In this document: positions 42,756 through 51,669 of the stretch, piece after piece
How the letters are laid out: every line of letters starts with the position of its first letter
Numbering within the stretch: position 1 is the stretch's first letter
Virus record (IMG/VR): IMGVR_UViG_3300042934_001067
Location: 92,277 to 156,276 of that record
DNA from: a virus
Strand: one strand, 5' to 3'
DNA: 64,000 nt
Made by a program: the position numbers and the translations under genes
The notes under the pieces: generated by a model
Seen by the model: only the letters and a program-made list of their open reading frames with translations
Database searches by the model: none
Told to the model about the DNA's origin: nothing

Positions 42756-43640
42756 CTACCAGAGTTCTCCGGCCAGCAGCTGGCGCTGGAACTGGCGGAG
42801 CTGGAGGTCGTCGAGGAACGACCAGAAGGAGCGCCAGGCGTTGTCGGGGCCGGGCTGGGTGGGCATGAACAGGGGGATGCGCGGCAGGTCGGTGGTGCTG
42901 TTCTCCCACGGGTTCCGGAGGTTGACCAGCTGGTGGTAGAGGTGCGCCTGTTCGAGGTGGGCCTTGATGCCCGGGTGCTCGACCTCATTGACGTTCCACC
43001 CGGCTGCCGCCATGTGCTTGACGGCGAACTTCTTGCCGATCTTCGGGACGCCGGGGATGTTGTCGGCCTGGTCGCCTGCAAGCGCGAGGACCCAGGGGAG
43101 CTGTTCGGGGGTGCAGCCGAAACTGTCCTGTACCTGGGTGGTCGTCCAGACGTCGGTGGGGGTGTCGGCGCTGGAGACGCGGACCTGGCAGCAGGTTCCG
43201 CCGAGGGGGGTGTCTCCGACGAGCTGACTGAGGTCCTTGTCGTTGGAGAGGATGACGACCTCGCCAGGCTCGCGACGCCAGTAGGCGCCGATCAGGTCGT
43301 CGGCTTCCATGCCGGGTATCGCGTGCCCGTGGATCCCGGCTCGGTCCAGGAACTCCCGGACGAGGAGGCGGGAGCCCCGGCGGTAGGCGTCCGGCGCTGT
43401 GGGCCGGTTGGCCTTGTACGCGGGGTACAGCGTCTTGCGCCAGTCGTCCTTGCCCGTGGCGTCCCACAGGACCGTCACGCGGTAGGGCTGGTACTGGCGT
43501 ATGTAGCGGGAGAGCGTCTTGACGAAGACAACGAGGGCGCTGGTGTCGGTGCCGTCGTCGCTGTGCATGGCGGCGCGGCGGGTGGCCTCGACGGCGCGGA
43601 TCAGGATGTTGTTGCCGTCGATGAGCAGCGTGGGTCGCAT
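42756..43640 (-). CDS. 5'-3' exonuclease / flap endonuclease (Pol I N-terminal-like)
   Basis: LLIDGNN, YPAYKANR, EADDLIG, SNDKDLSQL, LAGDQADNIPGVPKIGKK. Confidence 0.92.
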   Translation of the reverse strand: MRPTLLIDGNNILIRAVEATRRAAMHSDDGTDTSALVVFVKTLSRYIRQYQPYRVTVLWDATGKDDWRKTLYPAYKANRPTAPDAYRRGSRLLVREFLDRAGIHGHAIPGMEADDLIGAYWRREPGEVVILSNDKDLSQLVGDTPLGGTCCQVRVSSADTPTDVWTTTQVQDSFGCTPEQLPWVLALAGDQADNIPGVPKIGKKFAVKHMAAAGWNVNEVEHPGIKAHLEQAHLYHQLVNLRNPWENSTTDLPRIPLFMPTQPGPDNAWRSFWSFLDDLQLRQFQRQLLAGELW

Positions 43641-44134
43641 CACTGGCCTGCCTTGCGGTGGGCCTTGTACTGGTCGGCGACGGCGATGAGGATGCGGCAG
43701 ATCCGCTGGAGGTCGTAGCCGTCGATGTCGTCGCGTTCGTACAGGGCCCAGGCGAGGCGTTCGATGTCCGGCAGGGTGAAGCGGCGCTCGCCACCGCGCC
43801 CCCCGATGATCTGCCGGAACTCCAGAGGCTTCCCCTTCAGCAACAGGGGTGTGGAGCGCGTGACACCCTTGACGGTCTTCCACGGCTTCCCTTTGAGCTG
43901 GTGTCGGAGCCAGGACACTCTTCCTGCGAAGACCCAGCAGGCCACGTCCTGTACGGAGAAGTGGGGGATTCGCAAGGGGTTGGTCGAGTCGGCTACGGCG
44001 TACTTGCGTGACCCCTCAACAGGAAACTGGTCATCGTAGAGCTGATAGTCGGACCGAGTGGGTGGTCGCTCAGATCCTTGCGCATCCATGATGATCGGCT
44101 CCACGGCATGAGGGGACACAGGACGTCCTTCCAT
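43640..44134 (-). CDS. MerR/excisionase-like HTH protein
   Basis: FSVQDVA..F.GRVSWLR...RRFTLPDIERLA. Confidence 0.6.
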   Translation of the reverse strand: MEGRPVSPHAVEPIIMDAQGSERPPTRSDYQLYDDQFPVEGSRKYAVADSTNPLRIPHFSVQDVACWVFAGRVSWLRHQLKGKPWKTVKGVTRSTPLLLKGKPLEFRQIIGGRGGERRFTLPDIERLAWALYERDDIDGYDLQRICRILIAVADQYKAHRKAGQ

Positions 44135-44144
44135 ATGCCACTAG

Positions 44145-44168
44145 CTCCGCCCGGTATACCGGGCGGAG
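44145..44168. repeat. Perfect 24-bp palindrome
   Basis: CTCCGCCCGGTATACCGGGCGGAG, about 10 nt upstream of the HTH gene start. Confidence 0.75.
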
Positions 44169-44210
44169 GCTGTGACGTTCGTATTGTCGGTGATGTTCTG
44201 GCCGTCTGGC

Positions 44211-44948
44211 CTAGCGGATGTGGATGCTGAGAACGCCCGGCTTGACGACGGTGATCATCTTGATGATCTCCTGCGCCCGCTCACGCTTGGTCGGCGAAAT
44301 CATCGCGCTGCGGATCTTCTTCTCGTCGAGGTCGCGGACCTGCGTCGTGAAGGCGAGGTACTCGGCCCGGCTGATCTTCCCTTCCTCGTAGACCGCGAGG
44401 AGCAGTTCGTGGCTCATGTCGGCCTTGTCGTTGGCCTTCTCGCGGGTGAGGATCTTGTCGGACCCCTCGATGGCCTGCTCCAGCCGGTTTCCGGACGCGC
44501 CGATCAGGTAGTGGCCGTTGCCGTCCTTGGGCGTCTTCTCCGGGTCGACCAGGTTCAGGTCCTCGGCGTAGACGTCGAAGTGGGTGGAGAGCCACTCGTT
44601 CACCGCCTTCTCCCGCTTGGCGATGGCCGTCTTCGCGGCGGCGAGGCTCTCCTTCTCGTTCAGAACCTGCGTCAGCTCCGTCTTGTTGAGCAGGCGGCGG
44701 CTGGCGGGCTCCTTGACGGTACCGAAGGAGTTGGGCAGGACCTCGACGGCTGCCTTGGCCTCCTCGGCCGCGCGCGCGGCGGCCTCCTTGCTGACCTTCT
44801 TCCGGGAGGCGGGCGGCGCGGTGACCGGAATCGTGGCCAGCTGGGCCAGCACGTCGGCGAGGTTGAGGTCCTCGTTCTTCTGGAGCTGGACGACGGCCTT
44901 GTCGAAGTCGAAGGTCGGAACGATCTCGGTGGTCTTGGCGGTAGACAC
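44211..44948 (-). CDS. Phage hypothetical protein
   Basis: GC3 bias, AGGAG RBS. The true start may be the in-frame GTG next to 44948. Confidence 0.75.
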   Translation of the reverse strand: MSTAKTTEIVPTFDFDKAVVQLQKNEDLNLADVLAQLATIPVTAPPASRKKVSKEAAARAAEEAKAAVEVLPNSFGTVKEPASRRLLNKTELTQVLNEKESLAAAKTAIAKREKAVNEWLSTHFDVYAEDLNLVDPEKTPKDGNGHYLIGASGNRLEQAIEGSDKILTREKANDKADMSHELLLAVYEEGKISRAEYLAFTTQVRDLDEKKIRSAMISPTKRERAQEIIKMITVVKPGVLSIHIR

Positions 44949-45001
44949 GATGGTGCTCCTGTGTTCTGAGGTTGTCGTTCTTGGCGGTGAACGTGGTTAC
45001 A

Positions 45002-45025
45002 ACCTACCCCAACTTTGGGGTAGGT
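45002..45025. repeat. Inverted repeat (terminator or operator)
   Basis: ACCTACCCCA-actt-TGGGGTAGGT just downstream of the dinG-like stop. Confidence 0.6.
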
Positions 45026-45038
45026 GACAACAGGGTCG

Positions 45039-47144
45039 TCACGCTGCCGGGAGCAGCCCTCGTCCGTCGGGCTGCCAGAAGAAGTCGCGGACGTCGGCGA
45101 TCGACGTGGTGACGCGCGCGGGCGGCAGGGCCTTGACGATGCCCCGGCCGTAGCCCTTGCTGGCGAGGCGGGAGTCCATGATGGCGACGGCGCCCCAGTC
45201 GTCCGTGCTGCGGATGAGGCGCCCGAAGGCCTGCTGGAGCGTCAGGGTCATGGAGGGGACGACGAGGTCGCTGAAGGCGCTGCCGCCCTGGCGCTCGATG
45301 GCCTCGGAGCGGGCCTTGTGGATCGGGTCGGTGGGGACGGCGAAGGGCAGCTTGTCGACGACGACGAGCCGGTTCGTGTTCCCCGGGAAGTCCATGCCGG
45401 TCATGAAGCTCCGCAGGCCGAACAGGACGCTGTTCTCGTCCTCGCGGAAGCGGTCGGAGATCTCCTTGACGCTCATCTGGCCGCCCTGGACGAACGAGTT
45501 GATGCCGTCGGCCCGGAGCTGGCTGGCGAGGGTGTCGTGGGCGGCGTTCATGGCCTTGCGGGAGGTGTAGAGGAGCATGGCCCCTCCCCCGGCGGCCCGG
45601 ACGAGTTCGAGGGTGGCGGAGTGGAGCCAGGTCTCCCACTCGCTGCGGGTCTTCCCGGCCGGGGCGGGCACCGAGGAGTCGGGGTGGAAGAACAGGGCCT
45701 GCTTCGGGTAGTCGAAGGGGCTGCCGACGTCGAGGGTGGCGGCGGTGTCCTTCAGGCCGAGGCGGCGCGAGAGGTAGTCGAAGCGGCCCGGGCCGGTGCC
45801 CGCGCTGAGGGTGGCGGACATCAGCACGGCCGGGTAGCGACTCCACAGCTCCTCGCGGAGGTAGGGGCCGACGTCGATGGGCGCGGCCCTGATCAGCCAG
45901 CGCTTGCCGATGCGCATGCGCTCGTGGCCGTACATCTCGGCCCAGCGGACCATCTCGTTCGGGTCGGCGAGGAGGACGGCCTTGACGCCCTTGAGGAAGT
46001 TCGTCCCCACGGTGAGGACGCGGTCCTTGATCGCCTGCTCCTTCTCCACGTGGGAGCCGTCGGCGATCTTCCTCTTGCTCACGCGGGTGCGGAGGGTCTC
46101 CAGCGTGTCGTAGAGGGTGATGAACAGGTCGGCGTAGCGGGTGACGAAGTCGGCGTCGATGGCGCCGGTGTCGTCGTGCTCCAGGTGGTCGGCGATCGGC
46201 CGGGAGAGGGCCTCGACGGCGGCGGTGACGCGCTCGTGCAGGGCAAAGGACTCGCCCGCCCGCTGCTCGTCGACATCCTCGTGGACGGCGAGGAAGGAGG
46301 CGGCCTGGTCGGCCCACTTGAGCAGGCCGCCCTGCTTGATGTCGAAGCCGAGGTGGCTGGTGGCCTGCTCCTCCAGCTCGTGGGCCTCGTCCACGATCAG
46401 TCCGTCGTACGGGCCGAGGAAGGGGTGGCGGCGCTCGGCCTCGGAGTTTCCCCCGGCGGTCTCGCGGGCGATCTTCGTGTCGGTCAGGAGGATGGCCATG
46501 TTGGTCGCGACGATGTCGGCCTCCATGGCGGCGTCCTTGTGCTTCATCGCGAAGCACTGCTCGCCGAAGGAGCACTTCGAGCGGCCCGGGCACTCGTCGC
46601 TGGTCGAGGAGACCAGGTGCCACTCGGTGCGCTGCTCGACAGGCGTCTGGATGTCGTCGCGGTCACCGGTGTGGCGGTAGGTGCCGTCCTGGTCGGGGGC
46701 CAGCTCGTCCAGGAGCTGCTGCACGTTGGCGACGGCCGGGCGCTCGGCCAGCTTGGCCAGGCAGGCGAAGTTCGAGACGCCCTTGAGTGGGGCCCAGGTG
46801 AAGTCGATGCCCGCCTGCCCCAGGACGCCCTCCAGCCATGGGAGATCCTTTTTTGTGTACTGGGCCAGGAGGGCGTTCGTCGCCGTGGCGACCACGTAGC
46901 GCTTCGGCTCCTCGCCCGCCCGGGCCGCGAGGATCGCGGCGATCAGGGCGGCGTAGGACTTGCCGGTGCCGGTGCCCGCCTCGGCGAGCAGGTGCAGGGG
47001 CTCGTTCTCGTCGAGGTCCTGGCTGAACGTCAGCTCGATCGCCTGGGCCAGCTGTTCCTGTTGCGGGCGGCGGCGGTAACCCGGGAGGTTCTGCGCGAAC
47101 AACTCCTGGAGGGACAGAAAGGTCGCAGGCGGCGCGGACGTCAT
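45039..47144 (-). CDS. DinG/YoaA-family helicase with Fe-S cysteines
   Basis: RPQQ, EAGTGTGKS, KG..NFAC, ECPGRSKC..C, DEAH, MSATL, SPFDY, DKLPF, QAFGRLIR. Confidence 0.92.
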   Translation of the reverse strand: MTSAPPATFLSLQELFAQNLPGYRRRPQQEQLAQAIELTFSQDLDENEPLHLLAEAGTGTGKSYAALIAAILAARAGEEPKRYVVATATNALLAQYTKKDLPWLEGVLGQAGIDFTWAPLKGVSNFACLAKLAERPAVANVQQLLDELAPDQDGTYRHTGDRDDIQTPVEQRTEWHLVSSTSDECPGRSKCSFGEQCFAMKHKDAAMEADIVATNMAILLTDTKIARETAGGNSEAERRHPFLGPYDGLIVDEAHELEEQATSHLGFDIKQGGLLKWADQAASFLAVHEDVDEQRAGESFALHERVTAAVEALSRPIADHLEHDDTGAIDADFVTRYADLFITLYDTLETLRTRVSKRKIADGSHVEKEQAIKDRVLTVGTNFLKGVKAVLLADPNEMVRWAEMYGHERMRIGKRWLIRAAPIDVGPYLREELWSRYPAVLMSATLSAGTGPGRFDYLSRRLGLKDTAATLDVGSPFDYPKQALFFHPDSSVPAPAGKTRSEWETWLHSATLELVRAAGGGAMLLYTSRKAMNAAHDTLASQLRADGINSFVQGGQMSVKEISDRFREDENSVLFGLRSFMTGMDFPGNTNRLVVVDKLPFAVPTDPIHKARSEAIERQGGSAFSDLVVPSMTLTLQQAFGRLIRSTDDWGAVAIMDSRLASKGYGRGIVKALPPARVTTSIADVRDFFWQPDGRGLLPAA

Positions 47145-47204
47145 GAAGGGCCCCTTGAGGGTGGTGATGCTGCTCTTGGCGGTGAGCAGTGAAGTTCTTG
47201 GCGG

Positions 47205-48179
47205 TGGTCGCGACGCTACACAGGGCCAGGAGCGGTGTCGCGTTTTTGCTCCGGCGGATTTCCGGCCGGGGTGGGCTGGGCAGGAGAAAGGCCCGGGATC
47301 CGGTCTTCGAGAGGCACCACCCCCTCCCGGACCCCGGGCGACCCACATTCCGGCACTGCCAATCGTCGTAGCAGAAGGTGCCTTGCAGAGCAGTCTGTCC
47401 CACCGAGGACAGGACGAACAAGGGCAATCCCCATCCATAGGGATTTCACACCTGCCGGGGCGTCAGGTGCTCCCGTGCGCGTGTCTCCTGCGCCGGTTCC
47501 GTGCGTTTGGTCCACCAGACGTACTAGGGTGGCCTACGCGACCTTCGTAGGACTCCCGCCCCCGGGTCGCGTCTGCTTCATCTGGCTCCAGAAACACCAA
47601 CGGCCGCCTGGTCGGACTGGGATCCCCATCCCGGTCCTTGGCGGCCGTCCGACAGGAAACTTTGGCCGGTCTCTGTCGGTGGGGCCAACAACCTCATATC
47701 CAAGTCCGAAGTTCAGCTCCTCCGGAGGTCGCTGGCATGACCCAGCCTACCCAAAAACTGCTCCCGGTGTACACGACCCGGTCGAGCGACACGCCGCTGC
47801 AGGCCAGCGCCCACAGGCCGTTCGGGTGCCGACTCCCCGTTCCGGCCTCTCATGATGTTGAATGTCCTTCGGACCGAGACCGCCACTCCTGGTCCACCAC
47901 CACGATCTCCCCTCGGGCCCACGTGCGCCCGAACCCGCCGAAGGGGGCAGTCTGCTGTGAAGAACACCCTGGAAACGCCGGAGGGGCGCCTGGAGTCCTT
48001 CAACTCCGTGGCGCCCCTCACCGCGTAGTGCGGTAGCAAGGATCCTCTCCGCCAAGAAACGGATCCTCACGGGGAACTGCCAGGTTCCCCTCCAGGCAAC
48101 GCGACCTATTCGGTCTGACCATCGCCTTCACGGTGGCTGGGCCCCAACCTCAGAACGGTATAGAAAGGCCTCGCCAGCC
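47205..48179. promoter_or_regulatory. About 1-kb divergent non-coding control region, candidate replication origin
   Basis: No credible ORF, lower GC, lies between the replication operon and the Rep-like gene. Confidence 0.45.
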
Positions 48180-49538
48180 GTGCCAGAGCAGTCTACGGGC
48201 CCCGCCCCCGTGCCGCACGCCAACCGTGGTGAACATCTCAGCCACATTTCTTCATCTGCAGGACTGACTGTCGCCTCGCGCGACGCCCTGCACCCCCAGC
48301 ACTGGATTCGCCAGTTCCCCGCTCTCTCGCCCTCCATGGAAAGGCTGCTGATCGAGGGCGACGTGGACGGCGTCTACGGCATCACGGCACGCAAGCGGCG
48401 CGACAAGTCCCTCGCCGACGTCCACGGCCACGCCATCACCCGGGCACTGGCCGCTGCGGCGTCCCGGTACGGCTGGACGGGCTCGCAGTTCGAGAAGGCT
48501 CTGCTGGAGACCCCCGCCAAGGGCGGCAACCACGTTCGGAACAAGGAGTTCCGCAAGGGCTACGACAAGGGCGCCAAGCCCTACCTGGACCGGGTCTGGG
48601 AGGGTGCGCAGCAGTTCATCTCGACGCACCCCGTGGCAGACCGTCAGGGGGCCGTCGAGGACCTCGTACGGCTGCGCTACCGGATCGGGTCGCTGTCCTG
48701 GCGCGGGGTGTCCCGCAACACGGCCCTGCGGCTGCTGATGGCCCACTGGGAGGCCGCGCGCAAGGCCGGGGGGCGTACGTACACCCTGTCGTTCCGGGAG
48801 GCCGCCGAGGTCGCCGGGTGCACGCTCGGTACGGCGTACGAGGCCGTCACGAAGCGGCTGGGCGGCTGGATCCGGCAGGTGAAGACCGGGACGGACGAGC
48901 ACGGGACAACCTGGAGGCTGCTGGACGGGCCGAAGGACGCGGTGGAGGCCGGAGGGATCGACACGGCCGTCGTCGTCCGGCTGATGGGCCTGGACGCGTT
49001 TGCGCACCGGGGTCTCGGGTCCTCCTCCCTCAAGATCGTCGCGGCTCTGAGTCTGGAGGACGGGCAGGACTTGCTCGATCTGGCCGACGCCACGTGCATG
49101 AGCCGGGCGACCGCGTACCGCCACGTGAAGCTCCTGGAGGGGTTCGGGTTCCTGGAGTGCCTGGGAGGCGCCTGGTACCTGTCTCAGCGGGCCCGTACGG
49201 CTCTTGCGGGCCAGGTGGCGGAGTTCGATGAGGCGGCCGAGCAGATGGGCACGCAGGGGACCGCTCAGCGCCGTGTGGACATGCACAAGGTGCAGAGGGC
49301 CACCTGGCTGACGAAGGTCCTCCCCCGGCTGCGCGAGCGCCGGATGCCCGACGTCCAGCCGGTCCGGGGTGACGAGGTTCCTCCGGAGCTGGTGAGGGAC
49401 GGCATGGTCGTCGACCCAGTCACCGGTGAGGTCCTGGAGGACTTCGCGGTCGCCTCGGACGGTCGGCTGATCATCATCGAACCTGAGCTGGACTACGACG
49501 AGTTGGTCCACAGGACTGCCCTGGCCTGCGCGTCCTGA
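48180..49538 (+). CDS. Plasmid-type replication initiator-like protein with two HTH regions
   Basis: LSFREAAEVAGCTLGTAY; DAFAHRGLG; DLADATCMSRATAYRHVKLL. Isolated plus-strand gene. Start uncertain. Confidence 0.55.
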   Translation: MPEQSTGPAPVPHANRGEHLSHISSSAGLTVASRDALHPQHWIRQFPALSPSMERLLIEGDVDGVYGITARKRRDKSLADVHGHAITRALAAAASRYGWTGSQFEKALLETPAKGGNHVRNKEFRKGYDKGAKPYLDRVWEGAQQFISTHPVADRQGAVEDLVRLRYRIGSLSWRGVSRNTALRLLMAHWEAARKAGGRTYTLSFREAAEVAGCTLGTAYEAVTKRLGGWIRQVKTGTDEHGTTWRLLDGPKDAVEAGGIDTAVVVRLMGLDAFAHRGLGSSSLKIVAALSLEDGQDLLDLADATCMSRATAYRHVKLLEGFGFLECLGGAWYLSQRARTALAGQVAEFDEAAEQMGTQGTAQRRVDMHKVQRATWLTKVLPRLRERRMPDVQPVRGDEVPPELVRDGMVVDPVTGEVLEDFAVASDGRLIIIEPELDYDELVHRTALACAS

Positions 49539-49630
49539 CTTTCCAGTAAGCCTTCATGTAGGGCCGTTTTCCCAGCTCAGACGGCACTTCCCTGTTTTCA
49601 TCAGCCCCTCCAGTACCTAGGGTAGGGGCC

Positions 49631-49813
49631 ATGCGTGATGCCCGCCGACAGACCGATGCCCTGTCCAAGGAGGAAGCTGTGCGCCAGTGCACGCAGCTCG
49701 CCCGTGAATTCACCTCTCTGGGGCTCACCAAGGCTCCCAATCGGCAGTCGGTGACCTACAAGCGGTACGGAGACGGATGGGCGGTGTACACCGGCTACCA
49801 GGACTCTGACTGA
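49631..49813 (+). CDS. Small hypothetical protein
   Basis: 60-aa ORF after the Rep-like gene. Confidence 0.4.
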   Translation: MRDARRQTDALSKEEAVRQCTQLAREFTSLGLTKAPNRQSVTYKRYGDGWAVYTGYQDSD

Positions 49814-50004
49814 TCACAGGATCTCTGACCTGCGGAGTCTCACCTTCGGAACATTCGAGGGGCGGGGGGAGGCTACGCCTGCCTGGGGGTGTTCGGTTGC
49901 TGAGACGGGCTATGCTCGGGCCGGTCCCTTTGGGGCTGTGAGGAACGCGCCTCCAGCGGCTGGAGCCCCTTGCCCGGGTGATGAGAGTCGCTGGAGGTCG
50001 CGTG

Positions 50005-51576
50005 TTACCCGACGAGGTAGCTCCGGCGCCGCTGCATGGCCGCCACGTAGCCGTCCGAGCCGACGTCGCCCAGGAACCGCTCGGTCATCTCGTTCCGCTT
50101 CAGCATGGTGTCGACGATGCCCTCCTCCACGGTGTCCTGCAGGACGAGCGTTGTGCAGGTGATGGAGGGCGCGGTCGAGGTGATGCGGTCGATGCGGCCT
50201 AGGCGCTGGGTACGTGTCTCGTAGGTCAGCGCGGACTCGTACTCGACCAGGTAGGTGGCCTCGGGCAGGTTGATGCCGTCCTTGCCCGCGTCCGAGGTGA
50301 GGAAGACGCAGGCCTCGGGGGCGGCGCGGAACTCGCGGCGGGCCCGCTCTCGTTCGGGGCCGTCCATGGCGCCGGTGTAGAGGTAGGAGCGGATGCCGTC
50401 CTTGCGCAGGGCCTCGGCGAGCAGGGGGAGGACGGAGGGGCCGAAGGCGGAGAAGACGACGGCCTTGTCGCCCTGCCCGTGCACGATGGATGACAGGTAC
50501 TCGACAAGCTCATCGGTCTTGGCCGAGGGCAGCGAGCGCAGGTGGTCCTCCCCGAAGGCGCCGAGCAGCTCGCGGGCGAGCCGGGAGTCTCCGTGGACCG
50601 CCGAGTGGACCAGGGCGGCCGGGTGCGCGGCGATCTGCCGCAGGGCCGCATGGAGGCCGGGGACGGGCTCTGGAGAGCCGTTCTGGAGCGAGGCGACCTG
50701 GTCGTAGAAGTTGGCCTGGGCGGGCGCCATGCGCAGCGTGCGGAACTCCTCGATGCGCTTGGGGAACAGGGCGCGGACGTCGGGGTCGCTCTTGCGCTTG
50801 CGCCACATGTGCGGCCGGGCCAGGCCGATGAACCAGTCGACGCCGGTGTCCCGGTAGCGCGGGCGGCCGTAGTCGTCGCGGCTCTTGACCACGGTGTCGT
50901 TGAACTGCTTCACCGTGGGCATGGCGTCCGGGACCACGAGGCGCAGCAGGTTGAAACCGTCCTCGTAGTCCTTGCTGATCGGGGTGGCCGTGAGGCCGAT
51001 GACGCGCAGGTTCTTCTGGGCGCGGCGCAGCTGGCCGAGGGCGTAGTGGTGGGCCTTGTAGAGCTGGCTGGAGCGGTTGCGGAGCTTGTCGGAGATCTCG
51101 TCGTAGACGACCAGGAGGCGGCGGCCCCGGGCCTGGGCGTCAAGGAGGGCGGTCAGGAGGGGGCCGGGGGCGGGGACCTTGGTGCGCTTGCCGGGCGGGA
51201 TGGCGAAGCGGGTGAGGTCGGCGCGCAGTGTCTCGTAGGTGGAGATCAGGACGTGGGGCAGGCCGTCGCGCTCGCGGGCCTTCATGCGGGAGGGGCCGTG
51301 GTGGACGGCGGCCGGGAGCGTGGTGAGGGCGCCGAAGTCCTCGTGCCACTCGGTGAGCTTGTTGGTCTTGCAGACGAGGAGGACCAGGTCCTCGGCGCCG
51401 TCCTCGGCGAGCAGGGCGGCGAGCGCCATGGCGATGACGCTCTTGCCGATGCCGGTGTCGGCCACCAGCAGGCCGGAGCGCTGCACGTAGGCGAACGCGG
51501 TGCCTTCCTGCTGGCAGGGGTAGAGCCCGCGAGAGCTGCGGAAGGCCGGTGTGCTGATGGCGGACACGCAGGTCAC
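50005..51576 (-). CDS. SNF2-family helicase/ATPase
   Basis: LYPCQ, DTGIGKS, YETLR, YDE, LTATP, KAVVFS, DAGKDGINL, QRLGRIDR. Confidence 0.85.
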   Translation of the reverse strand: MTCVSAISTPAFRSSRGLYPCQQEGTAFAYVQRSGLLVADTGIGKSVIAMALAALLAEDGAEDLVLLVCKTNKLTEWHEDFGALTTLPAAVHHGPSRMKARERDGLPHVLISTYETLRADLTRFAIPPGKRTKVPAPGPLLTALLDAQARGRRLLVVYDEISDKLRNRSSQLYKAHHYALGQLRRAQKNLRVIGLTATPISKDYEDGFNLLRLVVPDAMPTVKQFNDTVVKSRDDYGRPRYRDTGVDWFIGLARPHMWRKRKSDPDVRALFPKRIEEFRTLRMAPAQANFYDQVASLQNGSPEPVPGLHAALRQIAAHPAALVHSAVHGDSRLARELLGAFGEDHLRSLPSAKTDELVEYLSSIVHGQGDKAVVFSAFGPSVLPLLAEALRKDGIRSYLYTGAMDGPERERARREFRAAPEACVFLTSDAGKDGINLPEATYLVEYESALTYETRTQRLGRIDRITSTAPSITCTTLVLQDTVEEGIVDTMLKRNEMTERFLGDVGSDGYVAAMQRRRSYLVG

Positions 51577-51669
51577 GATAGGTTCCGGGTCTCTGAATTG
51601 AGGACAAAGAGATTCATCTATGTCTCTCTTGATCGAGAAAACCAGAAAAGAATTGAACTGCTGACATGG

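Noticed and set aside
45039-47144. DinG as the Csf4/CasDinG of a type IV CRISPR system serving the array
   Set aside because: It lies 38 kb from the array, heads the replication operon, has the Fe-S cysteines of ordinary DinG/YoaA, and no csf1-3 or cas6 genes are visible.
47205-48179. tRNA, structured ncRNA or iteron array in the large intergenic region
   Set aside because: No cloverleaf or T-loop consensus, and only short repeats (GGATCCTC twice); not enough to call.
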